Position numbers and translations under genes: made by a program. Below are positions 41,297 through 51,654 of a stretch of 64,000 nt of DNA, in pieces. The notes under the pieces were generated by a model, which searched no databases, had not been told where the DNA came from, and saw only the letters and a program-made list of their open reading frames with translations. This DNA comes from Psilocybe cubensis. Lineage: Eukaryota. The stretch covers positions 62,001-126,000 of the forward strand of contig CM039000.1 in assembly GCA_017499595.2 (NCBI GenBank), written 5' to 3'. How positions within the stretch are numbered: position 1 is the stretch's first letter; every line of letters starts with the position of its first letter.

Positions 41297-44200
41297 TCAC
41301 CCCCTCTCTAAGGCACATTTTCCACAATGTGCACATGGATGGGTTAGTTTAGAGGGTTTAAGAAGAGGAGGAGGTTCAGTAAAGTTAATAATAGGAGTGA
41401 AAGAAAGTCTATCAAAGGTCACAGCAGAAATCCTTCTAGGTGCTGAAGGATGTTTGGCATGGAAGTCCTTGATAGCCTTAGAAGCATTTTTCAAATGCTC
41501 TGCAGGCTCCCAAGTGCATTCTTCATTAGGATAGTTCTTCCACTTGACCAAATATTGAAGTTTGTTTCTAAAAAGTCTGCTGTCCTTGATAAATTCAACT
41601 TCCCACTCAGGATTTTCTCCTTGAATGACAGGAGGTGGTCTAGAAGGAGGCTTTCTTCCTACAATATCTGGGTGATAAGGTAGAAGTTTAACCACATTGA
41701 ACACTGGATGGATTTTCATGGTAGATGGCAGCTTAAGCTCATAGGCATTAGGGCTAATAACTTTGGTAATTTTGTAAGGCCCATATCTTTTATCATCCAA
41801 TTTCTTGGAGGGCCTATCAGTTTTGAGGTCCTTGCCATCCAACCATACCAAATCCCCAACTTTGTACTGAGTTGGAGTACCTCTGTGTCTATTATAGAAT
41901 TTAGCCATATCATCAGCAGCTTTTCTAAGTGCAGACTCTGCTTCTTTCCTGGCTTCTTCCATATTTTTCACAAAGGTATCCACAGTGTCCATTTTACTAT
42001 CTCTAAGGGGTTCAGTGCCCATTCTGGGATGTCTGCCATTATTGAGCATGAATGGTGTCTGCCTGGTTGAAGCCTGAACTCTATTGTTATAAGAGAATTC
42101 AGCTAGAGCTAACCATTCAACCCAATCATCTTGTCTATGGTTTATAAAGAGTCTAAGATACTGCTCAATTTCTTGATTAACTCTTTCAGTCTGACCATCA
42201 GTTTGGGGATGGTAGGCTGTAGATGAGGCTGTCTGGATACCAAGTATTGAGTTGAGTTCTTTCATAAACCTTGAGACAAACTGTGGACCTCTATCATACA
42301 GAATTTTAATGGGTAAGCCATGGTGTTTCCAGACATAATCTCTGTATAGTCTGGCTGTCCCTTCAGAAGTGACTTCATCTGTAGTAGGGATAATGTGGAT
42401 CATTTTACTAAGTCTATCCACAACCACCATAATGGCATTATACCCTTGACATTCTGGTAACCCCATAATAAAGTCCACAGAGATGCATTGCCAGACATCA
42501 GAGGGAATCTCAGTAGGAATTAAAAGACCAAGAGGTTTGGCTGGAAAGGTTTTGGTTCTGTTGCATCTATCACAACCTCTGGTATAGGCTGCAATAAAAT
42601 GTGACATTCCTGGCCACCAATAATTCCTAGAGACTAGCTCAATTGTCTTCCATTTCCCTGGATGTCCAGCAATGAAGGCATCATGGTGCAGTTCCACAAT
42701 CTTTCTTCTAAGATCTTTGTCCTTGGGAACATACACCTTCCCCCTGTAGAGAATAAGGCCTTGTTCTTCTGACCATTCCTGTCCTTCAATCTTCTTGGTA
42801 GAAGATTTCTTGAGCTCCTGAACTGCCTTGACCACCTTTTCATCCATCTCCTTAGCTTCTCTAATCTTCTTAAGAAGATCATTTTCTGCACCAGTAATGG
42901 TAGCATGACCCTGCTTGAGAGCCTGGATTTTAAAGTAGGAAGGTTTGAGGAGAACTACATTTTGGTTATCATTCTCTCCCTTTTTATGATCTGGTCTCCT
43001 AGACAAAGCATCTGGCTTAAGAGATCTTTTACCAGGCCTATGATGAAGAGTAAAATCAAATCTGGACAGGAAGAGTGACCATCTGGCTTGCCTTCTGCTG
43101 AGCTTTTGGGCAACCATAAAGTACTCTAAGTTTTTGTGGTCTGTCCAAATCTCAAAGGAATATTGGGTTCCTTCAAGATAATGTCTCCATTCATCTAGTG
43201 CTCTGATAATAGCCAGCATCTCTTTGTCATGGATCTCATAATTCCTTTCTACTTCAGATAGACTCTTAGACATAAAGGCTACAGGATGCCATTTCCCATC
43301 TGATCCTTCCTGAGATAAAACAGCCCCAGTAGCATAATCTGAACTGTCTGCTTCAACTTTATATGGCTTGTTATCATCAGGGAAAATCAAGACAGGTGAA
43401 GAAGTGACTTTCTTCTTTAACTGGTCAAAGGCTTCCTGCTGTCTAAGACTCCATCTCCAGACTGTTCCTTTCTTTGTCAATTCATGAAGGGGCTTAGCAA
43501 TGTCTGCAAAATCCTCTATGAACCTTCTATAAAAATTAACAAATCCCAAGAATGATTGGACATCCTTGACATTTTCAGGTTCAGGCCATTTAGAAACTCC
43601 CTCTACCTTGACAGGATCCATCTCAATCCTGCCTTGTGAAATGATTAGTCCAAGATATTCAATCTTTTCCTTTTCAAATTCACATTTCTCTGCTTTAAGG
43701 TAGAGTTTGTTCTGTTCTAAGATTTGCAGAACTTGCTTGACTACCTCTCTATGATGATCAAGAGTCTCAGTGAAAATTAAAATGTCATCCATGTAGACAA
43801 TGACAACATTTCCATCAATGAGCTCAATAAAGATATCATTCATCATAGTTTGGAAGGTAGCAGGACTATTGGTTAAACCAAAGAACATGACCAATGGTTC
43901 AAACAGCCCTCTATTGGTTCTAAAGGCTGCTTTCCATTCATCTCCCTTTTTGATTCTGACATTGTTAAATCCCCACCTAACATCAAGTTTGGTGAAGTAT
44001 TTGGCTTTGCTGAGTTTGGTGATGATGTCAGAAATCAATGGAAGGGGGTAGGAGTTCTTGATGGTCATTTCATTCAGTTTCCTATAGTCCTGGACAAGCC
44101 TAAGAGATCCATCCTTCTTCTTGACAAAGAATACAGGGGAGGCCATAGGTGACTTGGAGGGTCTAATCCTGCCAGACTTCAGATTTTCCTCTAAAAAGGC

Positions 44201-45178
44201 ATCAAGTTCCTTTTGTTCATTGGGAGAAAGAGGATAAATCTTGGATCTGTAAGGTTCAGAACCAGGTTTCAGCTCAATAGCATGATCCCAAGGCTTTCTG
44301 TCTGGTAGCCTATCAAAAGATTCCTTTGAAAAAACACCTTTAAACTGATGATAGTGCTTAGGAACAGTTTCTTCAAAGGTTTTCTTAGGGGAATCAGCTT
44401 GCTGATGAGACTCTTCTGCTAATCTTTGAGACATAGTAGAAGTAGCATTAATAGACTGCTTCTGAGGATGCAGGTATGAGATGAAAATTCTGTCCTCAGG
44501 CTCAATCTCAGAATCAGAAGAATCTTCAATAGAATCATCTTCTTCTTCATCAAATTGAGGGAGTTTCCTCCTTTTGACTGCAGCTATTCTCTGCCTCTTT
44601 CTTCTGGCTCTTTTGGCTTCCATTTGGCAGTCAGAGGGACATCTAATAAACTGGACATCCCCTGTCTTCCAATCAACATCTGGATTATGGTGCCAAAGCC
44701 AAGTATGTCCAATAATAGCAGATTTGTCTCCCAAGTCACAAACAGCAAAGGTGGCCCTTTCTGTATGGTTTTTGTGTACCATAATTAAGTCTACTTCCTC
44801 ATGGATAGAGCCACTCTTGTTGAGAGTACCATCAACATTATAGACTGGAATGGCTCTAGGAAGTTTCCTTGTGTTGAGATTATGATACTTCACAAAACCA
44901 GAATGCAGAAAGAGGCCAGTAGCTCCAGAATCAAGCAAAGCATCAACAGATAACCTTTTCTCTGTGTCCATTGTCTTTAAGATGACAGACAAATGGGTAG
45001 AGGTTTTAGGATTATGGTTGAGGATGTAGATCTTTTCAGGGAAGGTAGAAAGAGAGGAAGAAGCAGACATGATTTCTGCACCAGAATCTGAAGACTGAGG
45101 ATCAAGTCTGTCAATTTCATTTTCTAGTACATTAAATCTATTCCATTGGGACATGTCTTTCACCAATGGTGCTTCTAA
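41297..45178 (-). CDS. pol: Element C Pol (PR-RT-RNase H-IN-chromodomain), entered by a -1 frameshift
   Basis: LLDSGAT, YMDDILI, EADSSDYATG..TDHKNL, HHCC and D,D,E integrase, GPY, and chromodomain EWEVEFIKDS..YLVKWKNY..CTWEP. Slippery A AAT TTT immediately before the gag TAG. Confidence 0.95.
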   Translation of the reverse strand, partial: LEAPLVKDMSQWNRFNVLENEIDRLDPQSSDSGAEIMSASSSLSTFPEKIYILNHNPKTSTHLSVILKTMDTEKRLSVDALLDSGATGLFLHSGFVKYHNLNTRKLPRAIPVYNVDGTLNKSGSIHEEVDLIMVHKNHTERATFAVCDLGDKSAIIGHTWLWHHNPDVDWKTGDVQFIRCPSDCQMEAKRARRKRQRIAAVKRRKLPQFDEEEDDSIEDSSDSEIEPEDRIFISYLHPQKQSINATSTMSQRLAEESHQQADSPKKTFEETVPKHYHQFKGVFSKESFDRLPDRKPWDHAIELKPGSEPYRSKIYPLSPNEQKELDAFLEENLKSGRIRPSKSPMASPVFFVKKKDGSLRLVQDYRKLNEMTIKNSYPLPLISDIITKLSKAKYFTKLDVRWGFNNVRIKKGDEWKAAFRTNRGLFEPLVMFFGLTNSPATFQTMMNDIFIELIDGNVVIVYMDDILIFTETLDHHREVVKQVLQILEQNKLYLKAEKCEFEKEKIEYLGLIISQGRIEMDPVKVEGVSKWPEPENVKDVQSFLGFVNFYRRFIEDFADIAKPLHELTKKGTVWRWSLRQQEAFDQLKKKVTSSPVLIFPDDNKPYKVEADSSDYATGAVLSQEGSDGKWHPVAFMSKSLSEVERNYEIHDKEMLAIIRALDEWRHYLEGTQYSFEIWTDHKNLEYFMVAQKLSRRQARWSLFLSRFDFTLHHRPGKRSLKPDALSRRPDHKKGENDNQNVVLLKPSYFKIQALKQGHATITGAENDLLKKIREAKEMDEKVVKAVQELKKSSTKKIEGQEWSEEQGLILYRGKVYVPKDKDLRRKIVELHHDAFIAGHPGKWKTIELVSRNYWWPGMSHFIAAYTRGCDRCNRTKTFPAKPLGLLIPTEIPSDVWQCISVDFIMGLPECQGYNAIMVVVDRLSKMIHIIPTTDEVTSEGTARLYRDYVWKHHGLPIKILYDRGPQFVSRFMKELNSILGIQTASSTAYHPQTDGQTERVNQEIEQYLRLFINHRQDDWVEWLALAEFSYNNRVQASTRQTPFMLNNGRHPRMGTEPLRDSKMDTVDTFVKNMEEARKEAESALRKAADDMAKFYNRHRGTPTQYKVGDLVWLDGKDLKTDRPSKKLDDKRYGPYKITKVISPNAYELKLPSTMKIHPVFNVVKLLPYHPDIVGRKPPSRPPPVIQGENPEWEVEFIKDSRLFRNKLQYLVKWKNYPNEECTWEPAEHLKNASKAIKDFHAKHPSAPRRISAVTFDRLSFTPIINFTEPPPLLKPSKLTHPCAHCGKCALERG

Positions 45179-46281
45179 AAATTTTTCTTTTCCTCATCTT
45201 TCTGCTCCTTGCCTTCCAAGATTAATTTCCCAAAGTAGTCAGCCAGTTCTTCATGGGTCATAGCATTGATGTTAACTGATGACCTGCAGTTTACAGCCTT
45301 ATGACCAGGCTTTCTGCACTTGAAGCAAACAATTGGCCTAACTGACTTCCATCCAGAGTCAACCTCCATGGGAACTACATCTGGTTGCTTTGCCTGAGCA
45401 CCAAAGGTCCTTGAGCTGCTGTTGGAAAAGACTGGAGGATTTGGAGTAGGCTTAGGACCAGCCTTGGGAGTTGGGGCTTTAAGGAAGGGAGAAGAAGAGG
45501 AGGAGGAAAGAGACTTGGTAAAGGCCTCACTCTGTCTCCACTGCCTATCTAGCCTAGTACTCCATTTAATCCATCCATCCAAGGTTTTGGGCATGTCAGG
45601 AACATAGTAGACTGCATTCCTGAGATTTTCATTAAGCCCAGCCTTGAATTGGTCTACCAAAGCAGCATCATTATACCCAGTATCTGAGATCAGAGCCCTG
45701 AAGCTAGCAACATACTCATCAGCAGTCTGTCTGCCTTGCTTGAGCATGTGCATTTTATGCTTAGCTGTGTTGGAGGGGTCTGGATCTGCAAACACTTCCC
45801 TAAATTCATAAACAAAGTCAGCCCAAAGACCTTCTTGGGACTGAGCATTGTCTATTACTTTAGTCTTCTCATATGCCCACTTCCCAGCAGTACCTCCTTT
45901 CATATGAGATAGAGCACAAATAACTTTCTGAAAGTCATCTGTAATCCCTTTCCCATAGAAATATAATTTAAGCTGACTGAGGAAGTTTTCTGCCTTCTCC
46001 ATAGAACCATCAAATGGATCTGGAGGTGAGACTTTAATGGCAGAGTGTGAACAGGAAGGGGCAACATGAGGGGTAGGGAAAGAGTGAATATCTAGAGCAG
46101 CAGGTGGTGGTGGTGGTGGTGATGGTGACTGACTGACTGGTTGCTGAGGGTGTGGTGGAGTGGATAATGACTGCTGCTGCTGTCTAAGAAAATTCAACTC
46201 TTGGGTAAGGAGCTGGACCTGATGCATGAGCTCTTCCACAGAAGGAGTGGTGGGAGGCAATTGGGAGGGGTCCATGTCCAT
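45175..46281 (-). CDS. gag: Element C Gag (368 aa)
   Basis: PDPFDG, LKQGRQTADEYVASF, PMEVD and the CCHC knuckle CFKCRKPGHKAVNC. Confidence 0.95.
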   Translation of the reverse strand: MDMDPSQLPPTTPSVEELMHQVQLLTQELNFLRQQQQSLSTPPHPQQPVSQSPSPPPPPPAALDIHSFPTPHVAPSCSHSAIKVSPPDPFDGSMEKAENFLSQLKLYFYGKGITDDFQKVICALSHMKGGTAGKWAYEKTKVIDNAQSQEGLWADFVYEFREVFADPDPSNTAKHKMHMLKQGRQTADEYVASFRALISDTGYNDAALVDQFKAGLNENLRNAVYYVPDMPKTLDGWIKWSTRLDRQWRQSEAFTKSLSSSSSSPFLKAPTPKAGPKPTPNPPVFSNSSSRTFGAQAKQPDVVPMEVDSGWKSVRPIVCFKCRKPGHKAVNCRSSVNINAMTHEELADYFGKLILEGKEQKDEEKKNF

Positions 46282-46773
46282 GGGTAGGAGTAGGTAGGCT
46301 CTCTGATGTGTGTGTGGGAGAAGCTATCTACTGAAAGTGCCCTTGAAACTATACTAAGTATTCTAAAAAAAATATCTATCTACTGGATACCCAGTTGTCA
46401 CACCACTCAGGGCTCTAAACCTAGGATCACAGGGTTACTGGATATTTCCTAGACCACCAAAAACAGAACACTAGTAGGACTGTGTCTGCCCCAACAGTTG
46501 GTATCCCTATCTACTAAGTTCACACACAGCACACAACAGAGAGTAGGAAAGATGATGAGCCAAAGGTCTTGAGGAAAGGTTTTGAGGAAAGGTTTTGAGT
46601 AGGATATTGAAGATTGGTGGAGATGTAGAGATTGGTAAGAAGATTGGTGAAGAGGTTGATGAAGAGGTTGGTGGGTTGGAAGTGGAGGAAGAAGGTTGAG
46701 GTAATGGTGTTGAAGAGGTTGAAGAGGTGAAGAGTTTGGTGTTGAAAGAGAGATGGTGGAGTTGTCTTGAGAG

Positions 46774-46784
46774 AGCTTCAATCT
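46774..46784 (-). promoter_or_regulatory. Putative self-priming PBS of element C
   Basis: AGATTGAAGCT (minus strand) is the exact 11 nt complement of AGCTTCAATCT at 46961-46951 within the 5' LTR. No TGG tRNA-type PBS is present. Confidence 0.8.
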
Positions 46785-46786
46785 TC

Positions 46787-47236
46787 TGTCAGGGCAACAC
46801 TATAATCAGTGTGACAAGGCCACCAACAAAGATTAAGCAAGAGAGAGAGAGAGAGAGCAGAGGGAGAGTAAGAGAGCAAAGAGAGAATAAGAGAGTGAGA
46901 GAGATTCAATGGTTCTAAGAGATCACACCAATGATAGTGGATATCCTAAGAGATTGAAGCTGAAGCTACAGCTACCTACAAGTCCAGTATTTATACTCTA
47001 CAGCTATTCTAGAATATTCCCTACATTACATCATAAAGGAAGGTTAAAGAATAAAAGTGACATCATATAGAAAAAGGATGAGTAAGACTAGGAATCATAT
47101 AGAATTTACTAGAAAGAAGTGGAGCAAGAAGGCTGTGATGAAAGAAATAAACTATCTAATCAGATAATTGATAAGATAATGAAAGGATAAGATAATTCTG
47201 TAAAGATAAAGAGGGGAAATTGGAGAAACCCTGACA
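46787..47236 (-). repeat. 5' LTR of element C
   Basis: Contains minus-strand TATAAATA at 46995-46988 and a (GA)n tract. Confidence 0.97.
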
Positions 47237-47241
47237 GAACG

Positions 47242-48166
47242 CGAAATTGAGGACTTACAAATCATGGAATCGCTTGTGGCATCTACACAAAAGAAAATTG
47301 ACGATACCAGAAAGAAGTACTTCGGGACCAAGGGAACCGGGGGACCAGCAACGAGAAGCAAAACCAAGGCGGCAGATACGATTTCCCACGACCCGACCAA
47401 GACACTCGCACCGGCCGTTCCAACCATACCTGCATCGCACTCGGCCAACAGTACACATTTCAGGTACTCTACACCCATAGAAGAGGTAAAAATCGTGAAG
47501 AAAGTACTGGATACAGCACTAGACGCCACAGTGACGCTGTCCAACAGGGAACTGCTGGCAGTGGCACCAGAGGTGAGGAGACAGTTCAAGGACCTGACTA
47601 CGGCCAGACGCATCCCTACCGAGCAGACAGGGTCTAGCATGGTAGTAGGAATGCCTCAGAGTGAAGAATACTCGGCTTACCTTGCTTCGCTCTTGCCCAA
47701 CAAAGAAGGGATGGTAGTGGCAGACCATGTACAAGAGTTGAGATGTCTAGACTTTACCATTGGGGACATGAAGGTCGAAGGGATCATGGATGAAGGGTCC
47801 CAAATTGTTGGAATCAGGAAGGACATCTGGGAGAAGCTGGCAGTTCCAATCAGGTCCGACCATGTGATGGTTATGGAGTCAGCCAATGCAAGCAAGGACA
47901 AGACACTCGGACTCATACAAAACCTGAAGATATCCATTGGAGGATATGACTTCTATGTGCAGGTGCAAGTGGTCCAAAACGCACCATATGAACTCTTGGT
48001 AGGACTGCCTTTCATGTGCCTCACGCGTCTGGTCACTAGGCACTTTGAGGACGGGTCATCTGAAGTAACTATGATTGATCCTAACTCTGGAGCGGAAATA
48101 ACAGTTCCAACTCGCAAACGGGACCGAAGCAGCACAACAGCCGCCACAGTCAGTGTGGATTTTTAG
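47242..48166 (+). CDS. Element B ORF1, 3' part including the aspartic protease
   Basis: IMDEGSQIVGI protease motif and YELLVGLPF. Ends G GAT TTT TAG (slippery heptamer). Confidence 0.9.
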
Positions 48167-51100
48167 GGGTTGATGAATCGAATATAAATCGAGGAGACCA
48201 GAGTCTTCACATCATAAATACGTCAAATGTTTCTATTTCTCAATCCAATTCCTTTTCTCGCTATTACACGTCTGATAACCGAAATCAAAACGCATCGCTC
48301 GCATATAAAAAAGTCGCCAATCAAATTAAACCCGTCGCAACAACGCTACCCGAAAAGTTTCGCATTGTACGACGCATTCCGTCAGACCCGCTTGCAGATC
48401 TGCCTGCTCTTCCGACCAGACCGCCCGAATTTACACCAGGACAACGATACACACTACAAAGAAAAGAAGCCATGAAAGTTAACCCAGACGGATTCCTCTG
48501 GCCAGAGGAAGAGAAATTGGTGCACCACATAATACTGTTACACAAAACCGCGTTCGCATGGGATGAATCCGAGAAAGGAAAGTTTAGTGACAAGTATTTC
48601 GACCCAGTGGTGATACCCACTATTGAACATGTCCCATGGGTTCTGCGTAACATCCCCATTCCTCCAGGAATCTTCCATCAAGTGGTAGAGGTCATCAAAA
48701 ACAAAATATCGTCGGGAATATATGAACCATCAAATTCATCGTACCGGTCGCGTTGGTTTTGTGTACTCAAGAAAGATGGGAAATCTCTACGAATTGTGCA
48801 CGACTTACAACCATTAAATGCGGTCTCAATTAAGGATAGCGCACTTCCGCCCATGGTAGAACAGTATGCTGAAGCCTTTGGCGGACGAGGCTGCTATGCA
48901 GTGTTTGATCTGTTTGTAGGGTTTGATCAACGGTCTCTGGCAGTCGAATCACGCGATTTGACAACATTCCAGACGCCTTTAGGCACCTTCCGATTGACAT
49001 CTATTCCAATGGGGTACACAAACTCGATGCAAATCCAACACGGCGACACAACATTTCTACTACAAGATGAGATTCCCCATATAACAATGCCCTTTGTGGA
49101 CGATATTCCAGTGAAAGGGCCGGCAACGCAATATGAACTGGAAGAGGGATCCTTTGAAACGATCAGAGAAAACCCAGGGATTAGGCGCTTTGTATGGGAG
49201 CATCTCCAGAATGTAAATCGGGTGATCCAACGAATCAAACACGCAGGGGGTACGTTCTCAGCGGCGAAGTCATTCCTGTGTGTCGAAAGTGCCATTGTTG
49301 TTGGACATAAGTGCACGTATAATGGTCGCGTGCCAGACGAATCACGGGTTCAGAAAATAACAGATTGGCCAATTCCACAAAACCTTACGGACGTCCGTGG
49401 CTTTCTGGGTACACTAGGGACCATACAAATGTTCATCAAGGATTTTGCTATTCATGCCAAACCGCTTGTACAGCTCACCCGAAAGGACATGGACTTCGAG
49501 TTTGGGGAGACTCAGTTTGCATCACTGGAGAAGATGAAGATACTGGCCAGAACGTGTCCGGCTATCAGGGCAATCGACTACACATCTGGAAACGAGGTTA
49601 TACTCGCAGTAGACTCGTCGTGCATCGCGGTAGGATTTATTCTATCACAGCTGGGTGACGATGGGAGAAGATACCCGTGCAGATTTGGCTCCATAACATG
49701 GAACGAACGCGAGCAGCGATATTCACAAGCAAAAATTGAGCTCTATGGCCTCTTCCGGGCACTCAAAGCGTACCGGGTGTTCATAGTCGGCGTGCACAAC
49801 TTAGTGGTGGAGGTCAATGCAAAATACATAAAAGGTATGATCAACAATCCAGATATCCAACCGAGCGCAACCATAAACCGGTGGATCGCGGGTATCCTCC
49901 TATTTGACTTCAAACTTCGGCACGTCCCTGCCAAAGACCATGCGTCTGCGGACGGACTATCGAGGCGACCCAAAGCAGACAATGATCCAGACGAAGCAGA
50001 AGATCATGACGACTGGATAGATAATGCATATTCCTTTGCAATAGAGTGCTTGAACCACCAGGCTGTGCGTGCGGCTCAAGTCACCAGTAACAACAAAGCA
50101 TTACGAATGGATGCATCTGCTCTTGTAGCAGCAATACATGTCAATATGGCTATTCCTCGTAACAGCAAAAGCGAAGCGCGCGATCGGGACCTCGAAGCAG
50201 TTCATATGTTTCTAGAAGCACCCAAGCGACCAGACAACATGTCTGACGCAGAATATACCAAATTTCTTCGTCTGGTATCAAACTACTTCATCTTGGACAA
50301 GCAGCTGTGGAGGAAGGACAGGCATGGCAGACACAAACTTGTCATTTCGCCCGAGCTACGCTACAAACTTCTCAAACAAGCACACGATGATTTAGGTCAT
50401 AAAGGGATCTATACAGTGCGGATGCGACTTCTCGAACGATTCTGGTGGCCAGATCTGGAATTGGATGTCAAATGGTTTATAAAGACGTGTCACGAATGCC
50501 AGACCCGAAATACCATGAAAGTTTCGATACCAGCGACAGTGCCAATGCCGGCAGGGCTTTTCAGAAAGGTTTATGTTGACACTATGCTCATGCCAAAAGT
50601 GCGCGGATTCCGCTACATAATACACGCCCGTTGCTCGTTAATATCATACCCCGAATGGGTGGCCACTCGAACCGACGACTATACGGAAATAGCCGCTTTC
50701 CTGCTTCAGATCCTGACACGGTGGGGTGCAATAGAAGTGATTGTGACAGACAATGCCCCCCAGTACCTGCTTGCTGCCAAACATCTTGCAGAACGATATC
50801 ATATTCACCACATCCGAATATCTCCTTATAACTCTTGTGCACAAGGCCCGGTTGAACGTAGGCATTATGATGTACGAGAAGCAATAATAAAAGCCTGCAG
50901 AGGGGACGAGTCAAGGTGGCTGGATGTGGTGAGTTCGGTGTTCTGGGCGGAGAGAGTTACCATACAAAAGTCGACGGGTTATTCACCCTACTACCTCGCA
51001 CACGGCGTCGAGCCTTTATTCCCTTTTGATCTCGCTGAAGCAACCTATTTAGCACCGCCTTTGGAGTCCTTGGTATCGACAACAGACCTTATTGCACATC

Positions 51101-51525
51101 GAGCTAGAATGCTTCAAAAGCGGCCAGCAGACTTACAACGTGTCAAGGAACAGGTATTCAAGTTGCGTTGGGCAGCAGTGCAACAGCTAGAGAAGAAACA
51201 CATGGAAAACAGGACCGATTTTGACTTTAAACCGGGAAGTCTAGTGCTTATCAGAAATTCACGTTTCGACAAGGGCCTACAAAACAAGACAAAACCTCGA
51301 TATGTCGGACCAATGCTGGTAGTGAAACGAACACAAGGAGGCTCATATATTCTCAGCGAGCTAGATGGAGCCATATCCCGCTTGCGCTTTGCAGTGTTCA
51401 GGCTGATTCCTTATTTCCCACGGACCCTAGCGTCGGTTCCTGTTACATCCATGGTTGACGATGACCTCGCCAACGTTGAAGAGAATACTCACGACAGCGG
51501 AAATGTATTGGACGTCGAATTTTGA
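48163..51525 (+). CDS. pol: Element B Pol (RT-RNase H-IN), entered by a -1 frameshift
   Basis: The frame is open from 48163 into the track ORF 48472-51525. Motifs LRIVHDLQPLN, FVDD, AVDSS, HHCC, VTDN..VERRH and YVGPM. Confidence 0.93.
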   Translation, partial: LGVDESNINRGDQSLHIINTSNVSISQSNSFSRYYTSDNRNQNASLAYKKVANQIKPVATTLPEKFRIVRRIPSDPLADLPALPTRPPEFTPGQRYTLQRKEAMKVNPDGFLWPEEEKLVHHIILLHKTAFAWDESEKGKFSDKYFDPVVIPTIEHVPWVLRNIPIPPGIFHQVVEVIKNKISSGIYEPSNSSYRSRWFCVLKKDGKSLRIVHDLQPLNAVSIKDSALPPMVEQYAEAFGGRGCYAVFDLFVGFDQRSLAVESRDLTTFQTPLGTFRLTSIPMGYTNSMQIQHGDTTFLLQDEIPHITMPFVDDIPVKGPATQYELEEGSFETIRENPGIRRFVWEHLQNVNRVIQRIKHAGGTFSAAKSFLCVESAIVVGHKCTYNGRVPDESRVQKITDWPIPQNLTDVRGFLGTLGTIQMFIKDFAIHAKPLVQLTRKDMDFEFGETQFASLEKMKILARTCPAIRAIDYTSGNEVILAVDSSCIAVGFILSQLGDDGRRYPCRFGSITWNEREQRYSQAKIELYGLFRALKAYRVFIVGVHNLVVEVNAKYIKGMINNPDIQPSATINRWIAGILLFDFKLRHVPAKDHASADGLSRRPKADNDPDEAEDHDDWIDNAYSFAIECLNHQAVRAAQVTSNNKALRMDASALVAAIHVNMAIPRNSKSEARDRDLEAVHMFLEAPKRPDNMSDAEYTKFLRLVSNYFILDKQLWRKDRHGRHKLVISPELRYKLLKQAHDDLGHKGIYTVRMRLLERFWWPDLELDVKWFIKTCHECQTRNTMKVSIPATVPMPAGLFRKVYVDTMLMPKVRGFRYIIHARCSLISYPEWVATRTDDYTEIAAFLLQILTRWGAIEVIVTDNAPQYLLAAKHLAERYHIHHIRISPYNSCAQGPVERRHYDVREAIIKACRGDESRWLDVVSSVFWAERVTIQKSTGYSPYYLAHGVEPLFPFDLAEATYLAPPLESLVSTTDLIAHRARMLQKRPADLQRVKEQVFKLRWAAVQQLEKKHMENRTDFDFKPGSLVLIRNSRFDKGLQNKTKPRYVGPMLVVKRTQGGSYILSELDGAISRLRFAVFRLIPYFPRTLASVPVTSMVDDDLANVEENTHDSGNVLDVEF

Positions 51526-51654
51526 CACCGTCCCAATCTTGCAGCCAACCCTACTAATCTATAAAAATTTCTTTTCTCTCAAGGACTGTCACTTAGAATC
51601 GACCGATTAAAAAACTGTCAAATAAACAAAAAACAAGCAACAAATAACTATTTA

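Larger units (their letters stand above)
40847..47236 (-). mobile_element. Ty3/Gypsy chromovirus C (inner, 6390 bp, intact, CpG-free by manual read)
   Basis: 450 bp LTRs with TGTCAGGG..CCCTGACA ends at 40847-41296 and 46787-47236. 5 bp TSD GAACG (40842-40846, 47237-47241). Uninterrupted gag and pol on the minus strand. Confidence 0.97.

Noticed and set aside
40847-47236. RIP or post-insertion hypermutation as the cause of C's composition
   Set aside because: The ORFs are intact, the LTRs are nearly identical, CpA/TpG remain abundant and the surrounding element B keeps its CpGs.
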